A stretch of 64,000 nt of DNA from Spirochaetota bacterium. GTDB lineage: Bacteria; Spirochaetota; UBA4802; UBA5550. The stretch is from the NCBI GenBank assembly GCA_963664815.2, contig CAXXHB010000002.1, positions 64,001 through 128,000 of the forward strand, read 5' to 3'. The stretch's first letter is position 1. Each line of letters begins with the position of its first letter. A program made the position numbers and the translations under genes. This document shows positions 48,940 through 58,549 of this stretch, piece by piece. The notes beneath the pieces are model-generated. The model was given only the letters and a program-made list of their open reading frames with translations. It was not told where the DNA came from and made no database searches.

Positions 48940-50388
48940 ATGAATATTCAGAACCTTAAAAAAATAAACGACTTCCTCTACGAAATTCCGGAAACTTCCA
49001 GTAAAAGTATGAATGTACCCGCAAGAATTTACGGTTCAAAGGATATTATCAACACCATGGATGAGGCTGTTTTCCGGCAGATTACAAATGTGGCAGCTCT
49101 TCCCGGTGTGGTAAATGCTGCACTCTGCATGCCGGATGGCCATTCCGGTTACGGGTTTCCCATAGGGGGAGTTGCAGCAATAGATCCCGAACATGGAATT
49201 ATATCCCCCGGCGGAATAGGTTTTGACATTAACTGCGGAGTGAGGCTTCTTACAACAAACCTTACATTTGAAGAGGTATCTCCAAAGCTTAAAACTCTCG
49301 TCGATCATCTCTTCACAGGAATCCCCTCCGGTGTCGGATCTGACGGAATACTGACACTCAGCCATAGCGATTTAGAACAGGCTATGATTCATGGCGCTGA
49401 ATGGGGGGTCAGGAGAGGATACGGCACTGAGAATGACCTCAAATGCTGTGAGGAATCGGGAAAAACAGATAAAGCCGATCCGTCTGCCGTTTCTAAAAAA
49501 GCAAGGGAACGGGGAATCGGGCAGATCGGTTCGCTCGGTTCAGGTAATCACTACCTTGAAATACAGGTGGTTCATGATGATAATATTTTTGACAGGGAGG
49601 ATGCAGCAACATTCGGAATTACCGGCAACCGACAGGTAGTTATAATGATTCACTGCGGCAGCAGGGGTTTTGGGCACCAGGTAGCAACCGATTATCTCGG
49701 CAGCTTTGCAAAGCTTCAGCAGAAGTTCGGATATAATCTTCCCGACAGGGAACTCGCCTGTGCCCCGTTTTACTCCGACGAGGGACAGAGCTATTTCCAC
49801 GCAATGAACTGTGCAGTAAATATTGCTTTTCTCAACCGCCAGGTTATAAAACACCGGGTTACGGAAATTATTTTTGATCTTTTCGGTTCAAAGAATGGAC
49901 TGAAAGTAGATGCTGTTTACGATGTCTGCCACAATACAGCCAAAATTGAAAAACATGAGATTGACGGCAAAATGAAAAAGCTTCTCATTCACAGAAAGGG
50001 AGCTACGCGCGCATTCCCGCCCGGAAGCAGGGATATCCCGGAAAGATATCTAAAAACCGGGCAGCCTGTGCTTATCGGAGGGAGTATGGAATCCGGTTCA
50101 TATCTTCTTCGCGGAACTGAATCGGGGAAGGATGCGTTTTACTCAACAGTCCATGGAAGCGGAAGGGTTATGTCGCGCCATGAGGCGAAAAAGAATTTTA
50201 ACGGAAGAGAACTGCAAAAATCTCTTGAATCCCGTGGAATATATGTTAAAACCTCATCCTTAAGCGGCCTTGCAGAAGAGGCCGGTGATGCTTATAAAAA
50301 TGTTGATGAAGTTGTCTTATCTGCCCGGAACGCCGGTCTCGGAAGTATTGTGGCAAAATTTATTCCGGTAGGAAATATAAAGGGATAG
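48940..50388 (+). CDS. rtcB: RNA ligase RtcB (long, archease-associated type)
   Basis: MPDGHSGYGFPIGGV, GFDINCG, GSGNHYLEIQ, HCGSRG, HNTAK, HGSGR, EEA..AYK. Confidence 0.95.
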   Translation: MNIQNLKKINDFLYEIPETSSKSMNVPARIYGSKDIINTMDEAVFRQITNVAALPGVVNAALCMPDGHSGYGFPIGGVAAIDPEHGIISPGGIGFDINCGVRLLTTNLTFEEVSPKLKTLVDHLFTGIPSGVGSDGILTLSHSDLEQAMIHGAEWGVRRGYGTENDLKCCEESGKTDKADPSAVSKKARERGIGQIGSLGSGNHYLEIQVVHDDNIFDREDAATFGITGNRQVVIMIHCGSRGFGHQVATDYLGSFAKLQQKFGYNLPDRELACAPFYSDEGQSYFHAMNCAVNIAFLNRQVIKHRVTEIIFDLFGSKNGLKVDAVYDVCHNTAKIEKHEIDGKMKKLLIHRKGATRAFPPGSRDIPERYLKTGQPVLIGGSMESGSYLLRGTESGKDAFYSTVHGSGRVMSRHEAKKNFNGRELQKSLESRGIYVKTSSLSGLAEEAGDAYKNVDEVVLSARNAGLGSIVAKFIPVGNIKG

Positions 50389-50391
50389 CTG

Positions 50392-50823
50392 ATGAATTAT
50401 GAACTTATTGAGAACATAACCTCGGCAGATATAGCCATCCGGGTAAAGGCACCATCGCTCGGACTTCTGTTTAACTACGCCGTAGCGGCCCTGATGTCAG
50501 AAATGCTGGAAGACATTAACTCCATAAAGCCCGAAATTATAAAAAATGGCTCCTTATCCGGCGAAGATCTCCCGCTTCTGTATTTTGAGTTTCTTAATGA
50601 GTTTATTTTTTTCAAAGATGCGGAGAATCTTCTGCTTCTCCCTGTAAACATTGAAGTTAGCTGCACTGAAGGTCTGTACACATTCTCATATATTCTTGCG
50701 GGTGAAAAAATCGATAAAACCTTACATAAATTCCGGGTGGATATTAAAGCTGTTACTCTTCATGAACTTAAGCTTTATGAAACCGGGGGAATTTTTATCG
50801 CCGAAACTGTTTTTGATGCATAA
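50392..50823 (+). CDS. Archease
   Basis: TSADIAI, G.KID...H, DIKAVTLH, C-terminal VFDA; 3 nt after rtcB. Confidence 0.9.
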   Translation: MNYELIENITSADIAIRVKAPSLGLLFNYAVAALMSEMLEDINSIKPEIIKNGSLSGEDLPLLYFEFLNEFIFFKDAENLLLLPVNIEVSCTEGLYTFSYILAGEKIDKTLHKFRVDIKAVTLHELKLYETGGIFIAETVFDA

Positions 50824-50900
50824 AAAGACATAATATTTTTTTTGCATTTTTCTTCTTTTTTTTAGAATTCATCCGCTTCGGTTATTTACTTTATTATCAC

Positions 50901-51636
50901 ATGATGAAAACCACAACAAAAAATATCCTGATAAAACCATTATCACAGGTATTCTTTATCTCCCTGATATTTTTCAGCCGGATATCATCTTATGCTTCAG
51001 TAATAGGTAATACTCCCGAAGAACCGCACATTACTGCAATGACCCATTTAAGCCTGTACGATCTGGTTATAAATAATATACATGCCTTTTCTCTGATAAC
51101 ATTTTTACTTGCAACTCAAAGTATTGTAATTTTTCTTCTTCAAAGAAGCAGGCTTAAACACAAAAAGCTGGAAAGAGAGCTTCAAAAGAGTGAAGAGAGA
51201 TATAAAAATCTTATTCAGGATATACACGAAGCTGTCCTTATAATAAACAATAACGGAATTGTCACATATTCAAGCAACTCAATCAACAGGCACAACGGTT
51301 CAATATCTGTCTGTAACTCACTGAAAAAAGGATCAGTTTTTAAAGATGAATTTTACTGTCGAAACTGCATCCAATGGAATTGAAGCTCTTGAAATTATAA
51401 ATCAGGGCAGATTTGATGCTGTGCTTATGGATTGCCAGATGCCGGTAATGGACGGTTACGAAGCCTCCGAAGAGATAAGAAAACTTGATGCCCATAAAGA
51501 GGTTCCGATTATTGCCCTGACAGCCTATGCATTTGAAGAGGACAGGAAAAAGTGCCTCACATCCGGCATGAACGATTTCATTACAAAACCGGTTAACCGG
51601 ACTATTCTTTATAATACTCTTCATAAATGGATATAA
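50901..51636 (+). pseudogene. Collapsed hybrid sensor kinase remnant (TM, PAS start, HATPase tail, truncated REC in a second frame)
   Basis: SEERYKNLIQ..EAVLII.NNG.VTY joined to INRHNGSISV...KGSVF. REC fragment 51346-51636 (DAVLMDCQMPVMDG...PIIALTA...KP) lacks its first strand and helix. Confidence 0.65.
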
Positions 51637-51681
51637 AAGATCCATAATTACTTTTTAATTTTTTTAACATAAAATGTTCTG

Positions 51682-51712
51682 ATCTCTCTGCTGCCATCGG
51701 CATCGGAGAGAT
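51682..51712 (+). terminator. Hairpin after the REC fragment
   Basis: atctctctgctgcc-atc-ggcatcggagagat followed by a T-rich tract. Confidence 0.4.
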
Positions 51713-51871
51713 TTAATCTTTCATTTTACACTAAAACATATGTTAAGGAATTATTACTGATAAAAGATTGATTTTTTTATTTCTCCTTTATATTATAATA
51801 AATGCAAATACTTAAAAGTTTAAGACTTATCGGTGATAACATTTAATACTACTGCTTCTTCCGGGGTGATT

Positions 51872-53749
51872 ATGAATACATATCTTAAAACGCTGATTGT
51901 GGATGCAACAACCGGTTTTTATAAAATGGAGAGGTTCAAAGTCGGGGAGTTTTTCGGTCCGGTTGACCTGGGGCTTCACCTGGGAAGAAAATATGACAGT
52001 ATTAATATAGGAACAGGTTTACTGGCGGGATCAATCTTCCCGGGGTCAAACAGGCTGATCTTCACCGGATTTTCTCCGGGATGGAGCGGTTTTTACATCT
52101 CCACCATGGGCGGAGCCGGGCTGGTTTTTAACAACCTTGGTATAGACATGCTCTCCATCACAAACAAGGCTCCAATGCCTTCAGTTCTTTATCTGAACAG
52201 GATACATGGTGAAGAGATCCAGCTCCGCATCGAGCCTCTTGATATTCAGAATGTATGGAGATCCGGAAGAAAAGGGGTTTATTCCCTTACCGATTATGTT
52301 TATGATAAATTCGGCAAAGAGTATAACAACGACCCGAGAATTCTTGTAACAGGTCCTGCTTCAGCAGTTACAGGGCATGGGGCTGTCGCCTCAATGCCTA
52401 TACATAAAGGGCAGGTTTCATTTGTAGATACATGGGCAGGTCGTGGAGGTTTCGGATCAAAAATGGTACAGGAACATGGAATCGCGGCCATTATATATGG
52501 CGGAACATTTATTGATGATGACTTCAGGGATAAGAATGTTGCCGACCAGTGGTTTGTTGATAAATACAATAAAAAGCTCGCTGCAAAAGACCTTGAGGCT
52601 ACTGCGAAATACCGTTTTGAACCCAACTTTAACACCGGAGGTACATTCGGTGTTAATTATGCATCTCTTGCCGGCAAAATGCTTTCATTCAACTATAAAA
52701 GTATCTACATGAGCGAAGAACAGCGCCTTGCCATCCATGAAAAATTCGTGAAAAACCATTATCTGAAACAATTTAATGAAGAAACAATTGTCCCTAAAAA
52801 ACAGACTACATGCGGTGAACCATGCGTCGCTGTCTGTAAAAAAATGAACAACGAATTCAAGAAGGATTATGAGCCATATCAGACCATGGGGCCGCTTTCC
52901 GGAATTTTCGACCAGAGGGCCGCGGAGATGCTCAACCATCATGCAGACATGTACGGTTTTGACGGCATCGTTGCCGGTGGCGTAATTGCATGGCTTATGG
53001 AATGTCTGGTCGATGGACTTCTCAAGCCATCCGAACTCGGTATTTCAGACAATATTCCCCGGTGGGATATTGATACTTTTGATGTTGTCAATGATTCAAT
53101 GCATAACGCAAAAATCGGGATGGAGATTCTTGATTCCATTATTGAAAAAAGGGGAATTCTGGACCTCCAGGCCGGAGCGAGAAAGCTTTCACGCAAGCTT
53201 GCAGGTGAAAAGGACAGGTCAATCCTCGATAAGCTTGTATGCATCGGCGCCGCACGTAACGGATGGATGATACCAAACCAGTACTGGACGCCGGGGGTTC
53301 TATCCCCCATGGCGATTATGGGCAAATACTTTATGCATTACGGCGACGATTTTCTCCCCCCCAGGGAACTGGGGAGAATGGACGGAAAAAGATTAAAAAA
53401 AGAGCTGATTCTCGACAACACGGGAATGTGCCGGTTCCACCGTCAATGGGCGGAGGAGATGATTCCCGAGGTTATGGAATCTCTTTTTGGGATGCAGGAT
53501 CTCTTCCTCAAAAAAATATCAAGGGCGGCGGCAAGAATAAACAGCCGAAATCCTTCGGTATTCTGGGAGAGTGAGAGAAACATGGATTTTGTATACCTCT
53601 TCCTTAAGAGGAAAAAAGAGGTTGATAAAGTGGACAATCCTGAACTTGAAAAATGGATCGCTGAATTTGAAAAAGACAAGCGTGAAGCGGCTTTAAGTTT
53701 CTGGTATGAGATCCATAAGGGAATTCAGGAGACTCTGGCTGATTACTAG
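51872..53749 (+). CDS. Aldehyde:ferredoxin oxidoreductase family, GAPOR-like (W/Mo-pterin, 4Fe-4S)
   Basis: STMGGAG, WAGRGGFGS, TGGTFGVN, TCGEPCVAVCKK, DYEPY, DNTGMCRFHR.W; GGGGTG SD before ATG 51872. Confidence 0.8.
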   Translation: MNTYLKTLIVDATTGFYKMERFKVGEFFGPVDLGLHLGRKYDSINIGTGLLAGSIFPGSNRLIFTGFSPGWSGFYISTMGGAGLVFNNLGIDMLSITNKAPMPSVLYLNRIHGEEIQLRIEPLDIQNVWRSGRKGVYSLTDYVYDKFGKEYNNDPRILVTGPASAVTGHGAVASMPIHKGQVSFVDTWAGRGGFGSKMVQEHGIAAIIYGGTFIDDDFRDKNVADQWFVDKYNKKLAAKDLEATAKYRFEPNFNTGGTFGVNYASLAGKMLSFNYKSIYMSEEQRLAIHEKFVKNHYLKQFNEETIVPKKQTTCGEPCVAVCKKMNNEFKKDYEPYQTMGPLSGIFDQRAAEMLNHHADMYGFDGIVAGGVIAWLMECLVDGLLKPSELGISDNIPRWDIDTFDVVNDSMHNAKIGMEILDSIIEKRGILDLQAGARKLSRKLAGEKDRSILDKLVCIGAARNGWMIPNQYWTPGVLSPMAIMGKYFMHYGDDFLPPRELGRMDGKRLKKELILDNTGMCRFHRQWAEEMIPEVMESLFGMQDLFLKKISRAAARINSRNPSVFWESERNMDFVYLFLKRKKEVDKVDNPELEKWIAEFEKDKREAALSFWYEIHKGIQETLADY

Positions 53750-53759
53750 CAGGATAGGG

Positions 53760-54323
53760 CTAAACGATCTTGCTCAGAAGCTTTTCCTTGGTGCTGAGGA
53801 ATTCCTCCTCTGTTATTGCCCCCGATTCCTTCAGCTGGTTCAGTTTTTCAATAGTCTGAAAGACATCCTCCCTGCTGAAACTTTTTTTCAGATCCCTGGC
53901 ATATTCCTTCCCTTTATTTAAAAGTTCCTTATACTCCTCTTTTACTGATTCAAGGTTGATATTATCCAGGCCTTTACCTCCGGCAAAATGTGAATCAAAA
54001 AGTTTACCCAGCGCATAAGTTGTACCTCCGGCCATTACTATCTGTGAACCTATTCCAAGAACAGTCCCCACTCCCGGGATGGCTTTTAAAAAGCTTGCAC
54101 CGATTCTTGAAACAGTTGCTCCTGCAATAGATGACGCGAGAGTTTTTCCTTTATCTGCATCGTAATTAATTTTATGAAACTCAGCGATCTGCCTTATCAT
54201 ATCGTACTGAATTGCAGAAACTGCGACAATGTCAGCAACAGGAACAGGTATTGCGCCTGCTGTCATAGCAAAGATCACATGTGTGGATATAATATCATCT
54301 GAACTCTTCTTCTTCTCATTCAT
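53760..54323 (-). CDS. DUF697-like protein with C-terminal SHOCT domain
   Basis: AGAIPVPVADI..Q..MI, KAIPGVGT; IEKLNQLKESGAITEEEF..KEKLL. Confidence 0.8.
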   Translation of the reverse strand: MNEKKKSSDDIISTHVIFAMTAGAIPVPVADIVAVSAIQYDMIRQIAEFHKINYDADKGKTLASSIAGATVSRIGASFLKAIPGVGTVLGIGSQIVMAGGTTYALGKLFDSHFAGGKGLDNINLESVKEEYKELLNKGKEYARDLKKSFSREDVFQTIEKLNQLKESGAITEEEFLSTKEKLLSKIV

Positions 54324-54503
54324 TAATTTATCCCCCGTTAAATGGTCTTATACATAAAAAATGTCAATTCAGTATCGCCGGAACGATGGCTCTGCATATT
54401 TTAATAATCGCTTGAATTTTCTTTATTAAAATATTATCTGATTAACATTGAATTTAATTTAAACATGCACAGCTTTAGAGTCAAACAGTATTAATAAAAT
54501 AAT

Positions 54504-55121
54504 CTACTGTTCAGGAGTTTCTTCCTCTTTTTTTGTTATTACAAAAAAACCATACTGAGCCAGCAGATTCGGGAAATATTTAATCACTTTTGATTTACCA
54601 CTCCTGGTAAATGAAAAATTTCTCTCTGTAATAATATTAAAAGCAAAAGAGCCCGCCATTTTCCTCATGTCCGAAACTGTAAGAAGGTGAATATTCGGGG
54701 ATTCATACCATTCGTAAGGGAGGAGTTCATTAACAGGCATGGTTCCCCTGAACATCAGGTATGACCTTGTGCTTATATAAGCAAAATTCGGAAAACTTAT
54801 TATAACCTTTTTCCCTATACGCAGAACTTCATTTATTACATAATCAGGTCTCTTTGTATTCTGTATGGTCTGATTTAAAATAACATAATCAAAAGACCCG
54901 CTGTTGTAATCGCTCAAACCATCATCTATATCACCCTGGTAACAGTAAAGTCCCTTTTCCACACAGAGGCTTACCCCTGTTTCGGAAATCTCCACTCCGA
55001 AACCTTTAACCTTTTTCTTTTCCTGAAGCATCAAAAGAAGAGATCCGTCACCGCATCCCAGATCAAGAACTTTTGTGCGTTCAGGTATTTCCTCCAGTAC
55101 CAGATCATAACCCACTGTCAT
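54504..55121 (-). CDS. metW: Methionine biosynthesis protein MetW
   Basis: VLDLGCGDG, SFDYVILNQT.Q, SFPNF, LPYEWY.SPNIH; coupled to metX. Confidence 0.92.
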   Translation of the reverse strand: MTVGYDLVLEEIPERTKVLDLGCGDGSLLLMLQEKKKVKGFGVEISETGVSLCVEKGLYCYQGDIDDGLSDYNSGSFDYVILNQTIQNTKRPDYVINEVLRIGKKVIISFPNFAYISTRSYLMFRGTMPVNELLPYEWYESPNIHLLTVSDMRKMAGSFAFNIITERNFSFTRSGKSKVIKYFPNLLAQYGFFVITKKEEETPEQ

Positions 55122-56286
55122 CTGTTTCACTCTTCCTGAATTCACTTTTTAAAAAATTAGAGATGTTCTTTTCAATTACATCGCTCGGCAGCAGAAAAGA
55201 ATCATGGCCGTTATCCGTCACAATATCGGTGTAATTTACATTTTTTCCGTTAACCCTGAGAGCCTTTACAATTTCCCTTGAATTGTTACTGGGATAAAGC
55301 CAGTCTGTTGTAAAGCTTATTACCAGATAATTTGCCATCACATTTTCAAAGGCAGCTGTCAGGTTTCCGCCGTAATCCTCTTTAAGGTCAAAATGATCTA
55401 TTGCCCTTGTTATATAAATATATGAGTTTGCATCAAATCTTTCAACAAACTTTATCCCCTGATGCCTCAGATAAGATTCCACCATATATTCCGATGAAAG
55501 ATTTTTAACCTTCACCCCTGAATCCTGAAACTTTCGGCCGAACTTTTCATGCATATGCTTTTCGCTGAGATATGTGATATGCCCTATCATCCTTGCCAGA
55601 GAAAGCCCCGCGCGCGGAATTTCGCTGTCATAATATTTTCCGTTGTTCCATAAAGGGTCGTTAAAGATTGCCTGCCGGCCTACTTCGTTAAATGCAATAC
55701 CCTGGGCTGATAACGACGCTGAAGTTGCAATGGCTATGCACGAGTTTACCATCTCCGGATACGAAATAGTCCACTGCAGCGCCTGCATCCCCCCCATGGA
55801 ACCGCCTGATACCGCCAGCAGTTTATCTATTCCGAGATGTTTCACAAGCCGGTATTGCGCATTAACCATGTCATGGACGGTTATCATAGGAAAGTCAAGG
55901 CCATACGGCTTTCCGGTTGCCGGATTGACTGAGGAGGGTCCTGTAGAACCGCTGCATCCGCTTATTACATTTGAACAGATTACATAATAGATATCTGTAT
56001 CAAAGGCTTTTCCCGGCCCAACATACTCATCCCACCACCCCGGGTTCCTGTCTGCCGGGCTGTAATAGCCTGCCGCGTGGGCGCTTCCCGAAAGAGCGTG
56101 GTTCAGCAGTATCGCATTATTTTTTTTGCTGTTAAGGTTTCCGTATGTCTCATACGCAATTGTAACGGGGCCGAGTTTTTCCTCGTTTAAAAGAAGCAGT
56201 TCATCTGGTGGATGACCGAACGTATAATACTCGGTCTTTACTATTCCTATGCTTCCTTTTTCATTATGCTTTATATTTTTTGTCAT
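55105..56286 (-). CDS. metX: Homoserine O-acetyltransferase
   Basis: HALSG, GWW, GGSMGGMQ, RFDANSY, DWLYP, GHDSFL catalytic motifs. Confidence 0.95.
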   Translation of the reverse strand: MTKNIKHNEKGSIGIVKTEYYTFGHPPDELLLLNEEKLGPVTIAYETYGNLNSKKNNAILLNHALSGSAHAAGYYSPADRNPGWWDEYVGPGKAFDTDIYYVICSNVISGCSGSTGPSSVNPATGKPYGLDFPMITVHDMVNAQYRLVKHLGIDKLLAVSGGSMGGMQALQWTISYPEMVNSCIAIATSASLSAQGIAFNEVGRQAIFNDPLWNNGKYYDSEIPRAGLSLARMIGHITYLSEKHMHEKFGRKFQDSGVKVKNLSSEYMVESYLRHQGIKFVERFDANSYIYITRAIDHFDLKEDYGGNLTAAFENVMANYLVISFTTDWLYPSNNSREIVKALRVNGKNVNYTDIVTDNGHDSFLLPSDVIEKNISNFLKSEFRKSETDDSGL

Positions 56287-56318
56287 AAAAAAACCGCCTG
56301 TAATTGAGACAGCGGTTT
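56287..56318 (-). terminator. Riboswitch expression-platform terminator
   Basis: Minus strand aaaccgctgt-ctcaatt-acaggcgg-ttttttt, immediately before the metX ATG. Confidence 0.7.
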
Positions 56319-56336
56319 ATATTCCAAAACCTGCAA

Positions 56337-56437
56337 TCTCATCTTTCGGATATTATCCGATGGAATTAGCACCTTTTCTTTTACAGAATGGTTGCCGTGA
56401 CTTCAAAGGGCCAGTCCCTCCGTCACTCTTGATAAGA
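56337..56437 (-). ncRNA. SAM-I (S-box) riboswitch
   Basis: Minus strand TCTTATCAAGAG...GAGGGACTGGCCC..TGA...GGCAACC...GGTGCTAATTCC...GAAAGATGAGA, upstream of metX. Confidence 0.95.
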
Positions 56438-56675
56438 CAGTCAGTTAAATGTTATAGTGCTGCCAGAATAAATTCTGTAAATCGGACTGAACTGTTTCCA
56501 CTTCCACCTTCAGAGGCAATGGAAATAGTTCAGATAAACCTTTGCTAATAATCATAATATTAAGATATAACTAATATGGATTAGTTTTAAAATTATCTCC
56601 TTCTGTCAATAAAAAAAGCCGTAAATAATGCCGGATAATCTTTGTCAGCCACCACAAGTAAAAGGGAATCACTTA

Positions 56676-57257
56676 TTATGAAATCATTTTTAAGGCTACC
56701 TTGATTATTTCTTCTATTCCAATATCCCCTCTTTCAAGAGTAATTTCATTAACACACTTCAAAGACTTGTTCTCCTCAAAACCGAGTGCAACAAGAGCTT
56801 CTACAGCATCACTTGTCTTGGATGGAATATCATTGGCCGGGCCGGCAATTCGTTCAAGCAGTGCAAGTTTTCTTTTTAGTTCGAAAACAAGTTTTTCACC
56901 CTTCGTTTTCCCGATTCCGGGAATCTTTGTAAGTAAAGCCGGATTCTGAAATTTTATTGCTTCAATAAGCTTTTCCGGAGTGATCCCTGAGAGAACTGAT
57001 ATTGCTATTGAAGGTCCGATTCCGCTGACATTTATAAGAGATTTAAATATATCTTTTTCTATCTTCGAATAAAAACCGAAAAGCCTGAACTGATCTTCTT
57101 TGTGGATTGTATGTATAAAAAGTGTAACTGTTTTTTCATCCTGAATTTTTTCATATGTAGAAAACGGGATTGACAGTTCAAAACCAACCCCGTTTACATT
57201 AAGTATCAACTCTGTCGGTTTAAGATCCTCAACATTCCCTTTCAGTTTTCCTATCAT
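56676..57257 (-). CDS. ruvA: Holliday junction branch migration protein RuvA
   Basis: MIGKLKG, VNGVGF, VSGIGP, IPGIGK, DAVEALVALGF. Confidence 0.95.
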   Translation of the reverse strand: MIGKLKGNVEDLKPTELILNVNGVGFELSIPFSTYEKIQDEKTVTLFIHTIHKEDQFRLFGFYSKIEKDIFKSLINVSGIGPSIAISVLSGITPEKLIEAIKFQNPALLTKIPGIGKTKGEKLVFELKRKLALLERIAGPANDIPSKTSDAVEALVALGFEENKSLKCVNEITLERGDIGIEEIIKVALKMIS

Positions 57258-57268
57258 TAAAACTTTTC

Positions 57269-58381
57269 CTACAGATTCCTTAAAATAAACTGCTCAATAT
57301 AAAGTTTTTCTGCCAGCTTGAGGTTTGATTCCTCCAGTTTAATAATCTCTTCTTTGAATAAATGTTTATCGTTAACATCCAGCTTTTTTCTCTCTTTTTT
57401 TGCCGAGGAAGACCTGCTGATCATATTATTAACTCCCTCTATTCCTTTTCTGCTGGCGATAACCATATCCTCATTGCTGAAATCAATGGAGCTTCTGATT
57501 ATACATATATCAGATTTTTTCATCTCTTTCTTTTTAAATTTTATTCCGAATACTCTGTTATAATAAATAATTGACTCCTTGTTTATTTCAACAAAATGAA
57601 CCCCGAAGTAATTTGAGATTACAATCGCCAGAACAAGCGAAAGAATTACACCAAGAAGAGTATAGATTACTATGGCAACGGCAACATTTAATTTCCCTGC
57701 GGGAACAATGGCAAAATTTATAATATGAAAAAAACCGTAATAAACAATAAACATAAACACAATCTGCAGCGGGTGGTAGGTGATTTTCCAGGTTACACAC
57801 TGTGCATCCCTTCTTTCACTGGTTTTAATACTTGAGTTATCGGGAAGAACAATATTGTACGGATTGTACGGATGCCTGTTATCAATCATATTATAAGGTA
57901 TATCGTTATTTTCCTGAACTGAAAGGCCAATAGTCTTTTCAAATTTACCGGTAAAATCAGTAACCTGTTTATGGGTATTGAATTTGGCTATAAGCAGAAG
58001 AGCCCCCATCCTGTTTTTCAGCAATATCCCGTATTCAGGCTTATTTTTATTAACTATATATTGAACAACAATCTCGGTAAAATACTTATATGGAATTTTA
58101 AGCGGAGATATCCCCCAGCCTGTCGATTCAACAAGGCTGAGATAACCGGGGTCTTCATTAATCAGAATTTTGTAATATTTTGTATTTAAAATGAAAAAGA
58201 GAGAACTATAAAGAAAAATGATCCCTGACCCGATAAAAATATGATCAAATGGATAAATTTCCCCTAATCTGTATATTCCTGTTCCGCAAACAATAGCCCC
58301 TAAAACCGCTATTATAAACTGGAATGTTATCGGAGTCTGTATTTTAATACTGTTTTGTGAAAAACCCACTTTTGATTTCAT
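57269..58381 (-). CDS. Hypothetical membrane protein (two 2-TM + soluble units)
   Basis: 370-aa ORF with four hydrophobic segments; co-directional with ruvA. Confidence 0.6.
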   Translation of the reverse strand: MKSKVGFSQNSIKIQTPITFQFIIAVLGAIVCGTGIYRLGEIYPFDHIFIGSGIIFLYSSLFFILNTKYYKILINEDPGYLSLVESTGWGISPLKIPYKYFTEIVVQYIVNKNKPEYGILLKNRMGALLLIAKFNTHKQVTDFTGKFEKTIGLSVQENNDIPYNMIDNRHPYNPYNIVLPDNSSIKTSERRDAQCVTWKITYHPLQIVFMFIVYYGFFHIINFAIVPAGKLNVAVAIVIYTLLGVILSLVLAIVISNYFGVHFVEINKESIIYYNRVFGIKFKKKEMKKSDICIIRSSIDFSNEDMVIASRKGIEGVNNMISRSSSAKKERKKLDVNDKHLFKEEIIKLEESNLKLAEKLYIEQFILRNL

Positions 58382-58512
58382 ATTGTTATCACTGTTATTT
58401 TTTTTGTTATTTATACAATAGTGTACTCATTATTCAAGAATTTTTTATTATAACAGGTCAGAGAGATTGTTAAATTCAGAGAAAATATCCGGGAATTCAG
58501 TAGGGAACAGTG

Positions 58513-58536
58513 AACAGGAGGTTTCCGCCTCCTGTT
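58513..58536 (-). terminator. Hairpin downstream of guaB
   Basis: aacaggagg-tttccg-cctcctgtt; weak U-tract. Confidence 0.4.
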
Positions 58537-58549
58537 ACGTATATTATTT

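Noticed and set aside
56487-56533. 14-bp-stem hairpin between ruvA and the SAM riboswitch
   Set aside because: No U-tract or known motif; probably a terminator-like or incidental structure.
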